NCBI RefSeq assembly: GCF_964204645.1
Contig: NC_134036.1
Span: forward strand, 2,728,001-2,792,000
DNA: 64,000 nucleotides
Source: Tubulanus polymorphus
Taxonomy: Eukaryota > Animalia > Nemertea
Reading direction: 5' to 3'
Made by a program: the position numbers and the translations under genes. The notes beneath the pieces were generated by a model that ran no database searches, was not told the DNA's origin, and saw nothing but the letters and a program-made list of their open reading frames with translations. Every line of letters starts with the position of its first letter. Position 1 is the stretch's first letter. Below are positions 61,084-64,000 of the stretch, piece by piece.

Positions 61084-64000
61084 AGCGACACAAACTCTCT
61101 CTCCGTAAGCTGAGAGATTCGAGACTAATAACTTTAGTCGTCAGGTGAAACACGCGCTGAATCTAAATCTGGATTTCGTTTCGGAAGAAATTGATGAATC
61201 CGAAATGAAAACTAATCGAAAGGCTGACAATGGAGAGGCACAAATTGTCCAATAATTCCACTTTGAATCACAAAGTTTTTACGAAATGAGTTTAATCATG
61301 GTCTGTGCTTGAGGTTCACAATAAAATCATACACTAACCATACGTTTTTATCTGATGAGATTTAAATCACTAATACCATTGATAAGGTCACTCACTAACT
61401 ACAGTCCAGTATCCAGAGATTAGTTGTGATATTTAGTTCCAAGCGTTATCAGTGAACGTAAATGCTATTACAATACAATAGCTACGATATCCACAATAAT
61501 TCTCACAATTCAACCGATGCTTTGTAAAATATAGATTCCAAACGCAAATTTCTCTCCAGAGCGCAAGTCGATAGCTTGGGCTGTGCATCAATAATGAGAG
61601 GATATTATCATCGGAGCTGGGTGGGGACATGTAGAGAGAGAACTAGTGGATGAGTCATTTTTACCGCCAGCTTACAGGTGAACGTGTGACACACATGTTC
61701 ACAGCAGTGACATGTTACATGTCACAGTGCTTGCCTGCGTTTACTATGAACAGCTGTTTCAATGTTTATAAACTGTCCTGAGTGTCATTCATATAACAGC
61801 AACACTACAGCGTCTCATTGAGTGGATCGTTCAAATACTGATTCAGTGGTTTTTGATTGCACACTTTCAATTCAAACAAACAAAAATATTTTCATCGCTA
61901 TTTTCCAATGTACAATTGCAGCTTGACTATGATTGAGTACCGGACATACAAGGACCATATCACAGCATTCTGTCCACAGGGTACTGGGCAGGAGGCCTCA
62001 GTGGCAACTATGAGCTCTCTGTCCATCGGATTCTATCTTCAGGACAGGTGTCCAATGGAGCAGCTCAAAGGGGCAGCTCTATCTATCTATCTGATCCTAC
62101 TGCTGTGCAGAGGAGACCACGGGTGTAGCCATGAGATTCCTATCAGACTCAGAATCATGTAGGATGGAATGAATGAATGAGAGCATCCACAAGCTCCCTG
62201 TTTAATGGATACAGTCTGCTTTGGTTCCAGCTAGTTGGCAAAGACAACAGAAGGCTTTCATGGTTTGAGTATTTGCAAACATTTCCCAAAACAGGAAAAT
62301 GCAGATACTGACCGCATCTTTGTCGGGCTTTTTTAAATTCCGTTCAGCTACAGAAATTAATGAATGCAAGAGGAGTTTATTTAGAAGGCCGACTATTCCC
62401 TGATTCGACTTTTGTAGAAGGCTGGATACCATGGCAACGAGAGGATATACAGACAGACTGAGCGATGGAGCGATGAGAAAACGCCCAAAGACTTCGATGA
62501 AGATTATCACATATATCAATATCAACGCAAATATGAATTCATGAATATTAGAGACGAAATAAGTGATATTATCAAGATCAGACATGAGATTGAGAACCTT
62601 CCTTATCATTAATGACCAAAGTGCCAGCATTGAAATAAATATCAACATGTGATTGAACTTGAAATTATGTCTATATAAATATTGCCTGTAGAATTCACTA
62701 GGGTAAGATTCAATTAGTCCCAGGTGATATCATGTCGTTGTGCTGACATAAATACAATATGCCAACGATAGGAAATCCAATACATATCTAATACAATTAC
62801 GTTAACTTTATTTTGTAAAGGACAGATACATATCAAGATATGTTGCTACTTACATGCTCATAATACCTGAAGTTATATCTCTTCGAAAATAAAAGTATTC
62901 AAATTTACCTCATCTGAAGAAACATGTAGCATTTCTGAGTTCTCAACAACAAGACGAAGCCAGACAAAATAAACTCGATTCAATCAGCAAAACCTAGAAC
63001 TACTTTTGTTCTATCCTCTTCAGGTTCCTGGTGTGAATTAGCTACCCCTACTATTGTAACTATACCGGTAACTGTCTTTTTCAATAAGAAAAAAAATAAT
63101 AACATTGTTTGCATTGATATTGTGGGTTTCTCTTAAGGATATGCCTACAACAAGTGTCAAAATATGCTAAACCATGGAAGGAAACAAACTATATAATCTA
63201 GTTTATATGTCCATGACCAAACCAATCATTTCCAAGTCAATCATGCTCTTACAAGTTAAGTAACGACATTGCATGTCAATAGCGCCATGCGAGATCAGTA
63301 GTGGTTAATTAATAAACCATGTCCTACCGAATTAAGCATTGTTATGTTATACGCTCAGCTGGTCGACAATTACTTCTTGGGAACCCCGCCAGACTTTCAG
63401 TTTCATAATAGAAAGTCAGACCACTCATATCAAACTACTAATATATACATGACCCTGCCTAATAACACTAACAATCAGAATAGAATTTCACAATGCGTAA
63501 TAGGGCCCTCCACCCTGAGTAGTTGGTGGCTTCTGTGGTTCCTATGACTGCCGTGTGGCCTATTGACGTATTGTTAAAAAGACAATTTGTTGATTCCTCA
63601 CAGCTATGGAAACTTGTATTTTGTGTAGGCCTATGTCAACTCTTTTTAATACGGCATATAGCATTCATCAGCTTTTGATATCAAAGAATTCCTATTTCAT
63701 TAGCCAGCTAGATGTTTTTTTCAGGCAAAATATAATATAACTCAGCCTCTTATTCAATGCGGATGTCCTTTTTCTAACTTGATAACCACTTGATTGGATA
63801 CAGTTCCCAAGACAATATCACCTAGCGGCAACCTATGTTGAAGTAGGCCAACCATATGGTACAAGAATGGATGTTCCAACATCAAGTCTGCATCAAATAC
63901 CAGTACCGGTACCTGACAGAAAGGTACCAAATATTGGGGCACGGCCTGACTTTTAGATGCCACCAATGCTTAGCGTGAGATTTGACTTCAATGTTTTTTC

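Noticed and set aside
61857-62648. ORFs 61857-62162 (+), 62202-62648 (-) and an exon-like open frame near 62418-62611 (+)
   Set aside because: No recognisable domain or consistent exon chain; cannot be supported without transcript data.
63754-63966. 70-aa minus-strand ORF as an upstream BCH/PRUNE exon
   Set aside because: No family motifs and no suitable donor before its stop.

Overview
Eukaryotic (invertebrate, lophotrochozoan-like; species not determinable) AT-rich genomic DNA with GT-AG introns, so most entries in the ORF track are spurious or exon fragments. Six protein-coding genes were reconstructed by hand from splice sites and reading-frame continuity. On +: an intronless class A peptide-type GPCR (8724-9920), a 4-exon GPI-anchored Ly6/uPAR three-finger protein (11302-13270), an intronless ankyrin-repeat/SOCS-box protein (22532-24766) and a 7-exon divergent Rab8/10/13-type GTPase (26728-29956). 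On -: a 17-exon type II membrane M1 aminopeptidase (33635-49282) and a BNIP2/caytaxin/PRUNE2-type BCH-domain gene (about 56286-61083, possibly extending further 5') with two alternative C-termini. A probable multi-exon noncoding or micropeptide transcript runs head-to-head with the ASB gene (about 18.6-20.3 kb, -). The rest is rich in minisatellites, MITEs, tRNA-derived SINE heads, LINE 3' fragments and an inverted pair of Penelope-like ends with decayed hammerhead cores. No CRISPR, rRNA or intact tRNA was seen. I found no convincing wholly novel multi-gene system; the best leads are gene-level oddities and structured repeats. All coordinates were counted by eye and no database search was run.
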